Part shown: in pieces, positions 8,338-16,989 of the stretch
Layout: every line of letters starts with the position of its first letter
How positions within the stretch are numbered: position 1 is the stretch's first letter
NCBI GenBank assembly: GCA_963772365.1
Contig: CAVYXA010000003.1
Location: forward strand, 704,001-768,000
DNA: 64,000 nucleotides
Reading direction: 5' to 3'
From: an uncultured Verrucomicrobiae bacterium
Lineage (GTDB): Bacteria; Verrucomicrobiota; Verrucomicrobiia; Chthoniobacterales; UBA10450
Made by a program: the position numbers and the translations under genes
The notes under the pieces: model-generated
The model's database searches: none
What the model saw: the letters and a program-made list of their open reading frames with translations, nothing else
What the model was told of the DNA's origin: nothing

Positions 8338-9786
8338 ATGGCGACCGGGGAGATAATTGAATCGCAAGTTCCGGCACGTCTGGATCGGCTGCCGTGGGGC
8401 CGCTGGCATTGGCTCGTTGTCCTGGCGCTTGGGGCCACCTGGATTCTTGACGGCTTGGAAGTCACGCTCGCCGGTTCGCTCGGCGGGATTTTAACCCATC
8501 GCGAAACTCTCGGATTAAGCGATACCGAGGTAGGCGCAAGCGCGACTTGTTATCTGGCGGGAGCCGTTATCGGTGCGCTGCTCTTCGGGTATGCCACAGA
8601 TCGACTGGGACGTAAAAAATTCTTCTTTATCACCGTCGCAGTTTATCTGATCGCAACGGCTTTAAGCGCGTTTTCCTGGAACTTCACCAGCTATGCGATT
8701 TTTCGTGCAGTGACGGGCGCAGGCATCGGCGGCGAATACGCAGCGATTAATTCGGCAATTGATGAGCTCATTCCCGCGCGTGTGCGCGGTCGGGTAGATT
8801 TGATGATCAATGGGTCGTACTGGATCGGCGCGGCGTTTGGTTCGGCTGCGACACTGGTTCTGCTTGATCCACGAGTGCTCCCGATCTGGTTAGGCTGGCG
8901 TTTTGCATTTGGAATCGGCGCCACGCTCGGGCTCATCATCATTTTCTTTCGCCGCTGGATCCCGGAAAGCCCGCGCTGGCTAATGATTCACGGGCGCAAT
9001 TACGAGGCGGAACAGATTGTGATGGAAGTAGAACAAAGAATCGGTAAACAAGGGAGTGATGAGGCAGGGGGCCATTGGAATGCGCCGCTTGTCTCCACAC
9101 GTATCCGCACTCGAACGCATACGCCGTGGCACGAAATTTGGGACGCCGTCATTCACGAACATCGACGTCGCTCATTGCTCGGCTTTCTGCTGATGCTCAC
9201 GCAGGCGTTTTTCTATAACGCGATTTTCTTCACCTACGCTTTGGTCCTGATGCGGTTTTATTCTGTGCCGGAGAAAAATGTGGGTTTGTATCTCCTGCCA
9301 TTTGCTCTCGGCAACGTGCTTGGGCCGCTAATGCTTGGGCATCTATTTGACACAATCGGGCGCCGGCAGATGATCGCACTCACCTATGGGCTTGCTGGAA
9401 TTCTATTAGCTATCACCGGCTGGCTTTTTCATGCCGGGTTGTTAACTGCCCAAACGCAAACCATCGCCTGGACAATTATCTTTTTTATCGCATCAGCGGC
9501 TGCCAGCTCGGCCTATTTGACAGTGAGCGAAATTTTTCCGCTGGAGATTCGAGCGTTTGCCATCGCGATCTTTTACGCAATCGGGACTCTCGCCGGCGGC
9601 GTTGGCGCTCCGATTTTGTTTGGCTGGATGATCGGGACCGGCTCGAGCACCGCCTTATTCGCCGGGTATCTGGTGGCCGCTGCTCTGATGATTCTGGGGG
9701 CAATAACGGAGATATGGATCGGCGTCCCGGCGGAACGACGTTCTCTGGAGCATGTGGCCGCGCCACTCTCCAGCCGCGGATTGTAG
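8338..9786 (+). CDS. MFS transporter (sugar porter-like)
   Basis: RLDRLPW, TDRLGRKK, GAGIGGEY, IDELIPARVRG, PESPRWL, SEIFPLEIR. Confidence 0.93.
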   Translation: MATGEIIESQVPARLDRLPWGRWHWLVVLALGATWILDGLEVTLAGSLGGILTHRETLGLSDTEVGASATCYLAGAVIGALLFGYATDRLGRKKFFFITVAVYLIATALSAFSWNFTSYAIFRAVTGAGIGGEYAAINSAIDELIPARVRGRVDLMINGSYWIGAAFGSAATLVLLDPRVLPIWLGWRFAFGIGATLGLIIIFFRRWIPESPRWLMIHGRNYEAEQIVMEVEQRIGKQGSDEAGGHWNAPLVSTRIRTRTHTPWHEIWDAVIHEHRRRSLLGFLLMLTQAFFYNAIFFTYALVLMRFYSVPEKNVGLYLLPFALGNVLGPLMLGHLFDTIGRRQMIALTYGLAGILLAITGWLFHAGLLTAQTQTIAWTIIFFIASAAASSAYLTVSEIFPLEIRAFAIAIFYAIGTLAGGVGAPILFGWMIGTGSSTALFAGYLVAAALMILGAITEIWIGVPAERRSLEHVAAPLSSRGL

Positions 9787-9802
9787 ATGATCCCGGCTGT
9801 AT

Positions 9803-10223
9803 TCACGCTTGATATCTCTCCATGCCTTTCCAAGCTGTTTTCATTGCCGAGCGGGTCGCCCGTTCTCTCAAGTGAGCATTGCTTTTCAGGCTCAGCTTCT
9901 TCTTTATTCGCTCCTGAAACGTCTCAATTGTTCTCGGGCTAATAGCCATCTCCGTGGCAATTTCCGAAATGCCGGCGCCTTTTCCAAGGAAAGCGTAAAC
10001 CTCCCGTTCACGATTTGTTAAATTGTCGATTTTGGACCTGGTTTTTGCCCCCACCGCCAGCGAAGTTCACCAGGATCAGGTCACGAAGACCTTCACTAAC
10101 GTTGGGTTTGCCTGCGCAGATTTTCTGTAATGCGGCAATCAGTTCCGAACGCCGCCCATCGAAGATTCGTAAATAACCGAGCACCGCCGCGCTAACAACA
10201 TCGGGGCCGAAGTCCCGCTCCAA
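9803..10223 (-). pseudogene. Truncated and frameshifted NarL/LuxR-type response regulator
   Basis: LuxR HTH (LTNREREVY...EIATEMAISPRTIETFQERIKKKL) preceded in another frame by a receiver tail (ELIAALQKICAGKPNVSE); receiver N-terminus missing. Confidence 0.75.
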
Positions 10224-10444
10224 AATTTCTGGTGCACTCCCTCCTTTGGCCTAACGAGTCCAGCCGCCAGCGCTAATTGGGATGTCTCCCTTCTTTGCGT
10301 GCAGTGAGAACGAGAAATTGCTTTTCGTCGGAAGTCTTTACAGTTTTCACTAACTGGCATCCGAGCCGTCAATGAGCATATTTCAAGCGTAACATACTCT
10401 CTTATAGCAACTAACGTCCTGGATTGATTCGGTACAGCGCACCG

Positions 10445-10460
10445 TGGCCTTCTAATTGCT
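10445..10460 (+). promoter_or_regulatory. Sigma54 (-24/-12) promoter TGGCCTTCTAATTGCT
   Basis: GG-N10-GC with TGGC and TTGC boxes, 42 nt upstream of the CTERM gene start. Confidence 0.65.
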
Positions 10461-10501
10461 TACGAATTCCATGCACACACTAACACTTAACCAAATACAT
10501 T

Positions 10502-11183
10502 ATGAAAATACCGATGAGTTTGAAAGTAATCGCAGCAGCCGTGGCCTTGGGGTTGGCAACTTTGTCAAATGCGGGGGCCGTGGTTCTCTACAGCCAGGGA
10601 TTTGATGGAACGGGGAACGCCTATTCCAGTCAAAACGACACGGCCGGTTTCGGCAACTTCGCTACCACGTACGACAACTTCACCCTTGGCTTCAACGCTT
10701 CCGTACAAGATGTCCATTGGACCGGTGAATACTTTAATCCGCCAAACCAGGGACTTATTACGGCGTTTACCATTAACTTTTATGCCGATTCCGCCGGCAT
10801 GCCTGGAGGCCTGTTAATGTCCTACAGCATCAGCGGCAATGCGGGCGAGACGTTCCTCGGCAATTTTGCCGGGTTTCCCACTTACACCTATTGGGTCAAT
10901 CTGTCGTCGGCGTTTAATGCGGTAGCCGGCACGACGTACTGGATGTCGATTGTGCCCGATCTGGCTTTCCCGCCGCAATGGGGCTGGTCCGAGGGCATGG
11001 GTGGCGATGGTATCAGTTACCAAGACTTCTTCGGTGCCCGCAGCCCTTTAGCAGCGGATATGGCCTTTGATCTGACCGGGACCCCAGCAACGCCAGAATC
11101 TGGTAGTACCAGTTGGGCTTCTGGGTGTCGCCATGCTCGTTCTCGGCCTGCTACATCGGCGCATAGCAGCGAACAGGGCGTAG
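10502..11183 (+). CDS. Secreted protein with VPDSG-CTERM/PEP-CTERM-type sorting tail (one frameshift near 11111)
   Basis: Signal peptide, then a G/S/T/F-rich body. Removing one base gives TPESGST-VGLLGVAMLVLGLL-HRRIAANRA* (motif, TM helix, basic cluster) ending at TAG 11181-11183. Confidence 0.85.
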
Positions 11184-11253
11184 AGTCACCGAAGCACCAT
11201 AGGTAAATTTACCAGGGCCGCCGTTCGTTTCCGCGAACTGCGGCCCTTGGTTT

Positions 11254-11565
11254 TTAAACCATTGGGCGAAAACGTCCGACCACTTCCTGTAAACGCCCGG
11301 TAATCTGGCCGAGCGAACAAACTTCGGCAGCGTCGAGCAGTGCGGGGAAACAGTTTTCGCCTCGATCGAGAACCGCAGCGAGTTTGTCCAAAGCCCGTTT
11401 CCGTTTCTCGGCATTTTCCTTTTTGAATTTCGTCAACCGATCGACTTGCAATTGTTGTTTCTTTCGCGGTGTGCGCACCAGTTTCACATCGGGAATGCCG
11501 TCGCGTCCGTTACGATATTCGTTCAACGCAACAATGGGGCGTGTGCCGTCATAGATTTGCTGATG
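11254..11565 (-). pseudogene. 3' remnant of a methylmalonyl/isobutyryl-CoA mutase (IcmF-like) gene
   Basis: QQIYDGTRPIVALNEY...ENCFPALLDAAEVCSLGQITGRLQEVVGRFRP matches the mutase C-terminus; the upstream part is absent. Confidence 0.8.
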
Positions 11566-11661
11566 ATTGTCGGAGCGATCACGGAGATATGGATCGGCGT
11601 CCCGGCGGAACGATGTTCTCTGGAACAGGTGGCGGCGCCATTGTCGAGCCGCGGACTGTAA
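11560..11661 (+). repeat. Diverged second copy of the last 102 bp of the MFS gene
   Basis: 88/102 identical to 9685-9786 with no gaps; 3 amino acid changes, the rest synonymous. Confidence 0.95.
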
Positions 11662-11667
11662 AAAGGA

Positions 11668-12231
11668 TCACTGGAGCGACGGAATATCGCGGCTTTTCAC
11701 TGTCATTTCGCAGGTGTGAATAGCGCCGGATGGAGTCAGCTCGCTGGAGTAAAGATGGAATTCGTCGACCTTGAACATTCCCGCAGTGAACTCGGCGTAG
11801 GTCTTGAGAAACTTTCGCAACGTTCCAGCCGGTACGTCGTGGCAACGAGCAAGCGTCACGTGCGGATGCCACGGGCGCAGATCGGCGTCGAGTCCTACTG
11901 CAACGGCCGCATCCTGCACACGTTTGTGCAATTGAAATAGATGCGGGTGACCGCTGCCCACGGCGATCCAAACAATTTTTGGGGGACCATTGGCAGGAAA
12001 TTTGCCAAGCCCCGAAAGAGGCAAAACGAACTGCCGAAACTCGATCCTTCCGAGCTGTGAGCGAAATGCAAGACCGACATCTTCCGGGACGAGTCCAAAA
12101 AAACCAAGGGTCAAATGCATCTGCTCGGCTTCGATCCAGCGAACGCCGCGCATGTGTGGATCAAGATCGACAAGAGTTTGCCTGACGTAGGGCGGCGGGT
12201 TGATCGCGACAAACACCCGCTTCGGTTTCAT
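11668..12231 (-). CDS. thpR: RNA 2',3'-cyclic phosphodiesterase (2H family)
   Basis: RVFVAI, two HxT motifs (HLTL, PHVTLAR), LYSSELTPSGAIH. Confidence 0.92.
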   Translation of the reverse strand: MKPKRVFVAINPPPYVRQTLVDLDPHMRGVRWIEAEQMHLTLGFFGLVPEDVGLAFRSQLGRIEFRQFVLPLSGLGKFPANGPPKIVWIAVGSGHPHLFQLHKRVQDAAVAVGLDADLRPWHPHVTLARCHDVPAGTLRKFLKTYAEFTAGMFKVDEFHLYSSELTPSGAIHTCEMTVKSRDIPSLQ

Positions 12232-13103
12232 TGAATTTCCGCACCGGTTCGGGCTTCGTCGCCGCTGGCCTCTACGGGCCCGGGAAGTTGGTCATTCACG
12301 ATCTTCATCACTCGTGCAGTCATGTTCGGAAAAATTGCATTCGCTGTGATTAAAGCGCGCGCCATCAGGGGCATCACTAAAGCAGGTCGCCCGCGCTCAA
12401 TGGATGCGACAATTTTCCGGGCCGCTCGTTCCGCCGAGATCGAAACCAGCGGTATTCTCGCCGAGCTACTAAAGATCTTAAATTCAGATTTGTGGTCGCC
12501 TTTGAATTTGGCATGGACTTCCGAGCCAGTGCGCATTAAGCCCGGAGTGACCGTTGTCACGAAAATATTGTTGCGAGCCAACTCCGCTCGCAGCGCATCG
12601 GACAAGCCGACAAGCGCAAATTTGCTAGCAGTGTAGGGAGCCATGTGCGGGACGGCTACTTTGCCGCCGATCGACGCGATATTTGCTATCCGTCCGCCGC
12701 CTTGCCGGCGCATTAGCGGTATGACTTGCATCATCAATTCGAAAGGCGCCCAAAAATGCACGCCCATGCTGCGTTCGAAGTCCTCCCGTTTCATGTGTTC
12801 GAATGGGCCGACTTCAATGACGCCGGCATTGTTGATCAGAACATCGATCCTGCCGAAATGTTCCGCAGTCTGTCGGACGGCGGATTCAATTTGAGAACGG
12901 TCAAGCAGATCGCATTGAATCGTCAGAACACGCCTGCCGTGCTTCTCCAGCCTGCCTTTGGCGTGAGCCAGTTCGTCGAGATCACGGGCAATAATGCTGA
13001 CATTTCCGCCGCGCCGGCAAATTTCTTCCCCGATCAGCAAACCGAGGCCACGCGAACCGCCGCTGATCAGGGCGACTTTTTCTCGCATGGAAAGGGATGG
13101 CAT
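12228..13103 (-). CDS. SDR family oxidoreductase
   Basis: SGGSRGLG, NNAG, YTASK catalytic motif. Confidence 0.93.
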   Translation of the reverse strand: MPSLSMREKVALISGGSRGLGLLIGEEICRRGGNVSIIARDLDELAHAKGRLEKHGRRVLTIQCDLLDRSQIESAVRQTAEHFGRIDVLINNAGVIEVGPFEHMKREDFERSMGVHFWAPFELMMQVIPLMRRQGGGRIANIASIGGKVAVPHMAPYTASKFALVGLSDALRAELARNNIFVTTVTPGLMRTGSEVHAKFKGDHKSEFKIFSSSARIPLVSISAERAARKIVASIERGRPALVMPLMARALITANAIFPNMTARVMKIVNDQLPGPVEASGDEARTGAEIQ

Positions 13104-13115
13104 CAGAACCTCGAT

Positions 13116-13577
13116 CTACCCATGCCTGCGATTGAATCGGGCGACTTCCCGGGCGGTTTCGCGATCGACGGCGCGTTTCTTCAAATCCGCGCGCTTATCA
13201 CGCGCAACTTTCCCCTGGGCCACTCCAAGCTCGGCCTTTAGTTTTCCATTTTTCCAGTAGAGCTTAAGAACAACGAGCGCGCGCCCTGCGACCTGTGTTT
13301 CGCCATACAACTTGTCGATCTCCTGTCGATGTAACAATAATTTGCGGACACGTTTGGCAGGGGGAATTTCATGACTCGCCTGTGGGTAGGGCTGGATGTC
13401 GGCATTATAGAGAAACGCTTCACCCTGCTCGATTCGGGCAAAGGCGTCACTGATGTTTGCCTTGCCTGCCCGAACAGACTTTACCTCGCTTCCTTTGAGC
13501 TCGATTCCGGCCTCATAGCGCTCGAGTATGTGATAATCGCGCAGCGCTTTGCGATTGAGAATCGACTCGGCAGCCAT
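13116..13577 (-). CDS. smpB: SsrA-binding protein
   Basis: NRKA..DYHILERYEAGIELKGSEVKSVR, RKLLLH, GK..RDKR. Confidence 0.97.
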   Translation of the reverse strand: MAAESILNRKALRDYHILERYEAGIELKGSEVKSVRAGKANISDAFARIEQGEAFLYNADIQPYPQASHEIPPAKRVRKLLLHRQEIDKLYGETQVAGRALVVLKLYWKNGKLKAELGVAQGKVARDKRADLKKRAVDRETAREVARFNRRHG

Positions 13578-13642
13578 TCGGTAATTTTAGGCCGTCTATG
13601 CCAGACGCCAAGAGAGCCGCCCAAATTAGATCATCCGCCGGT

Positions 13643-13858
13643 TCAGTCGTTATCAGCTGATCCACCGAGAGATTCGTAGGCGAGCTTCCCGGCGATGATT
13701 TCCTTGAGGGCGATATCGGTGAGCGACATTCGGGGAGTCGTCTCGACCATCGGGCGATGTCCCAAGCCGAGCTGACGCACGCGCTTGGAGACAACGTTGA
13801 TCAGGAGTTGCTGGTTGGGGATCACTTGAGCGGCTTCCTGAAGGAGTTGAGTCGTCAT
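13643..13858 (-). CDS. rpoZ: RNA polymerase omega subunit
   Basis: 71 aa with LINVVSKRVRQL...IALKEIIAGKL. Confidence 0.85.
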   Translation of the reverse strand: MTTQLLQEAAQVIPNQQLLINVVSKRVRQLGLGHRPMVETTPRMSLTDIALKEIIAGKLAYESLGGSADND

Positions 13859-14092
13859 ATGGCGCAAGGAAACGACGGCGCGGAGCGCGTTCGTCGGGAA
13901 TTGAAGAATAGTCGCCACGCCGTCGAGAGTAGGGGGAGCAATTTGCGGGGAAAGCATGGCGAAAAATGAGTGTTGACTCTGCGAGCGGGCAGACCCCTTG
14001 TCAACCCATTTGTTAATTGTTTGCGATCACCCTTATCGCGGCAATTGCCTGATCCGCTTTATGGACGAATGAGCAAAAAGTGGGGTTGAAAA

Positions 14093-14166
14093 TCGGGCTG
14101 GTGGGATTTGAACCCACGGCCTCCTGGTCCCGAACCAGGCGCTCTACCAAGCTGAGCCACAGCCCG
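14093..14166 (-). tRNA. tRNA-Pro (CGG)
   Basis: Reverse complement CGGGCTGTGGCTCAGCTTGGTAGAGCGCCTGGTTCGGGACCAGGAGGCCGTGGGTTCAAATCCCACCAGCCCGA. Confidence 0.98.
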
Positions 14167-14328
14167 CTAAAGATTATTTTCGATCTCCTCAGCTGTTCCC
14201 GGCAGAGTATCTCGCGCATTCGCGGGTTAATGGCAAGCTCTCTTCCTGAAGTGCCTTAACCAGGCGGACGGTGCGGATAAACAGAATTGAAGTGCTCCTT
14301 CTGCCGAGCGTCTATTAGGATTCAAAAG

Positions 14329-15060
14329 ATGAGCAGCAACACCATTGATCAAGCCGTTCTTACCACAATCGCGATTACTGGTTTTGGCGTGGCATTCTTT
14401 CATGCGGCGATTCCAACTCATTGGTTGCCCTTCGTTCTTACAGCGCGAGCCCAACGATGGAGCCATGCTAGGGCATTGGTTATAACCGCTCTTGCTGGAA
14501 GTAGCCACGTCTTGTTCACGGCGGTTTTGGGGTTTGTTCTCACTCTCATTGGCTTTGCTGTGCACGAAAAATTCGGCGACTGGTTTCCGCGGATTGCGGG
14601 CGGGGCATTGCTGTTCTTTGGATTAATCTATCTTTACCGGCAGATCATCGGCAACGTGCACGGTCATACTCGAGTGCCTGGCGAAGATCCTCAGGTTCAT
14701 GCCGCCCATCATGTTGATGAACGTGCCCTGAAAAATCCGAAGTCATTGTCGATCCAAACCATGCCCCCGCCAGTTTCCGACCGAGTCGCGATTACAAGCC
14801 TAATCGCGCTCCTCACGTTTTCGCCCTGCGAGAGCTTCGTTCCCTTTTATGTTTATGGCATCCGCTATGGTTGGTTTGGTTTCGTTCTGTTGACCCTTAT
14901 TCTCTCTGTCGCAACTGTGGCCGGGATGATTCTGTTCACCTGGCTCACCCTCGCCGGGCTCCGCCGAATTAACCTTGGCTTGCTGGAGAAATACGAACTT
15001 GGATTGATGGGACTGTTGCTCTCCATGGTCGGTGTGCTGATCGTGTTATTTGAGAAGTAA
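14329..15060 (+). CDS. Putative Ni/Co transporter-like membrane protein
   Basis: HAAIPTHW motif in TM1, His-containing loop, SPCE motif. Confidence 0.7.
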   Translation: MSSNTIDQAVLTTIAITGFGVAFFHAAIPTHWLPFVLTARAQRWSHARALVITALAGSSHVLFTAVLGFVLTLIGFAVHEKFGDWFPRIAGGALLFFGLIYLYRQIIGNVHGHTRVPGEDPQVHAAHHVDERALKNPKSLSIQTMPPPVSDRVAITSLIALLTFSPCESFVPFYVYGIRYGWFGFVLLTLILSVATVAGMILFTWLTLAGLRRINLGLLEKYELGLMGLLLSMVGVLIVLFEK

Positions 15061-15084
15061 CTTTGCAAGACGGCCAATCATCGG

Positions 15085-15978
15085 ATGAATCATGAACAAC
15101 ATGCGCGGGTAGATTTTGGCACCGCCTTTGCGATTGGCGTGGGATTGAATCTGCTGTTTGTCATCCTGCAGGTTATATTCGGTCTGTTTGCTCATTCCCT
15201 GGCGCTGATTGCGGACGCCGGTCACAATCTTGGTGACGTTCTCGGTTTGGTACTGGCGTGGATGGCAAGTGCGCTGTCACGCAGGGCGCCAACTGAACGA
15301 CACACCTACGGGCTGCGCAGTTCGTCGATTCTGGCGGCGTTGTTGAATGCAATCATGCTTCTCGTCGCCGTGGGTGCGATCGGCTGGGAAGCGATCCGCC
15401 GACTTGGAACCCAGGTATCTGTCGCCGCCACGACTGTAATATGGGTTGCCGCAGTTGGCGTGGTCGTTAATGCCGTTACGGCATTCATGTTTATGCCCGG
15501 ACGCAAACGCGATCTGAACATTCGGGCAGCGTTCATGCACATGGCGGCAGACGCTGGGATTTCGCTTGGAATTGTCGTGGCAGGCCTGGTGATATTGGTC
15601 ACTGGGCGACAATGGATAGATCCAGTAATCAGTCTGTTAATTGCAGCGGCGATCGTCTGGGGCACGTGGGGACTGCTCCGCGACTCGATGAACCTGGCAT
15701 TGCAGGCTGTTCCTCGCGGGATCGACGTTGGCGCGGTGAGAAATTATCTGGCCGCTCTTCCCCACGTGACGACCATCCACGATCTTCATATCTGGCCATT
15801 GAGCACTACCGAGACTGCCCTGACTGCGCATTTGGTGCGGGATGTCAACGACTGTGATTGTTCCCTCCTGCTGCTAGCTTCCAAAGAGCTTCATGAGAAA
15901 TTCGAAATTCATCACACCACGCTCCAATTCGAAACGCTCGACCATGAATGCAGCCTTGCTCCGGAGGAAACAGTTTGA
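15085..15978 (+). CDS. Cation diffusion facilitator (CzcD-like)
   Basis: SLALIADAGHNLGD, NIRAAFMHMAAD, HDLHIW, HHTTLQFE. Confidence 0.95.
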   Translation: MNHEQHARVDFGTAFAIGVGLNLLFVILQVIFGLFAHSLALIADAGHNLGDVLGLVLAWMASALSRRAPTERHTYGLRSSSILAALLNAIMLLVAVGAIGWEAIRRLGTQVSVAATTVIWVAAVGVVVNAVTAFMFMPGRKRDLNIRAAFMHMAADAGISLGIVVAGLVILVTGRQWIDPVISLLIAAAIVWGTWGLLRDSMNLALQAVPRGIDVGAVRNYLAALPHVTTIHDLHIWPLSTTETALTAHLVRDVNDCDCSLLLLASKELHEKFEIHHTTLQFETLDHECSLAPEETV

Positions 15979-16039
15979 TCTGCTGAAAATTGCATTGCGC
16001 CGATGCCTTTTCAGTGATTTGGTTCGCGGTTAATTTGAT

Positions 16040-16144
16040 ATGGGATCTCTCAAGAAACGTCGAAAAGCCAAGATTTCGAAACACAAACGCCGCAAGCGAA
16101 TGAAAGCGAACCGGCATAAGAAGCGTCTTCGATACAAGACGTAG
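16040..16144 (+). CDS. bS22 / AURKAIP1-COX24-like small basic ribosomal protein (34 aa)
   Basis: Below the ORF-track cutoff: MGSLKKRRKAKISKHKRRKRMKANRHKKRLRYKT*. Confidence 0.85.
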   Translation: MGSLKKRRKAKISKHKRRKRMKANRHKKRLRYKT

Positions 16145-16318
16145 GTCCGCTTTCGTTCGGTCAGATCGATAACCGTTCGGCTGAGAACCACTCGAGCGTT
16201 CATCTCTGGTTTTCAATGGTCGAATACATCCGAATGACTTTGCGTCCGCGAAATTTCTTTGCTCTTTACATCACGCTTTATGCGGAAATGATAAAGCAAT
16301 TAACGAAAGGATCTCACC

Positions 16319-16915
16319 ATGCAGCTTACATCGACGTTTAAATTGCGACTGTTGTCCCTGGCTTGTGTCTCAACTGCTCTTGCCCTGAGCGGAACGGCCT
16401 CGGGCCAGGGTATTGAAGGCGGACGAACAGGGACCTCAACAGCTGACAACCCTTTCCTGCGTCAGCACGATGAGCCGGGTAAAACTCAAAAGAAGATCGT
16501 TAAGATTAGCGACAAAGACGTGACGTTTATCCAAAGGGCTGCGACCGGCGACGAGCAGGAAATCGAAAACGGAAAAATGGCGATAAAGAAGGCGCAGAGC
16601 GCCGCCGTAAAGAAAGTTGCTTCACGGATGGTCCAGGATCATACACGCATGAATAACGAGCTCCTGGCGCTGGCCAAGAAAAAGGGTGTCGGTGTGACAA
16701 CCGGAACAATCAAAGCACAAAACATTGGTACCGCGGGATTTGACAAGGCCTATATCGACATGATCGAACGGGATCACAAAGCCGAGGTCGCCCAATTCGA
16801 GAAGGAAGCCAAGAGCGGTGGTGATGCCGATATTAAAGCTTGGGCAGCAAAGACACTACCGACGGAGAGGACTCATCTTGCAATGATCAAAGAGACCTCG
16901 AACCAAGTAAAGTAG
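16319..16915 (+). CDS. DUF4142 domain secreted protein
   Basis: Signal peptide; D..FI..AA...E, RMVQDH, FDKAYIDMIERDH, WAAKTLPTERTHL. Confidence 0.88.
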   Translation: MQLTSTFKLRLLSLACVSTALALSGTASGQGIEGGRTGTSTADNPFLRQHDEPGKTQKKIVKISDKDVTFIQRAATGDEQEIENGKMAIKKAQSAAVKKVASRMVQDHTRMNNELLALAKKKGVGVTTGTIKAQNIGTAGFDKAYIDMIERDHKAEVAQFEKEAKSGGDADIKAWAAKTLPTERTHLAMIKETSNQVK

Positions 16916-16989
16916 GGCTCGATCGGCGCGGCTCTTGACGCCGTGTCAGCGCCTTTCACGAGCACTTCGGTATCACAAGGCGCATTCGG

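Noticed and set aside
13578..14092. tmRNA near smpB
   Set aside because: No tRNA-Ala-like ends or tag frame; the region holds rpoZ and its leader.
3957..14166. tRNA-anchored genomic island or prophage
   Set aside because: No duplicated tRNA 3' end, integrase or phage genes were found.
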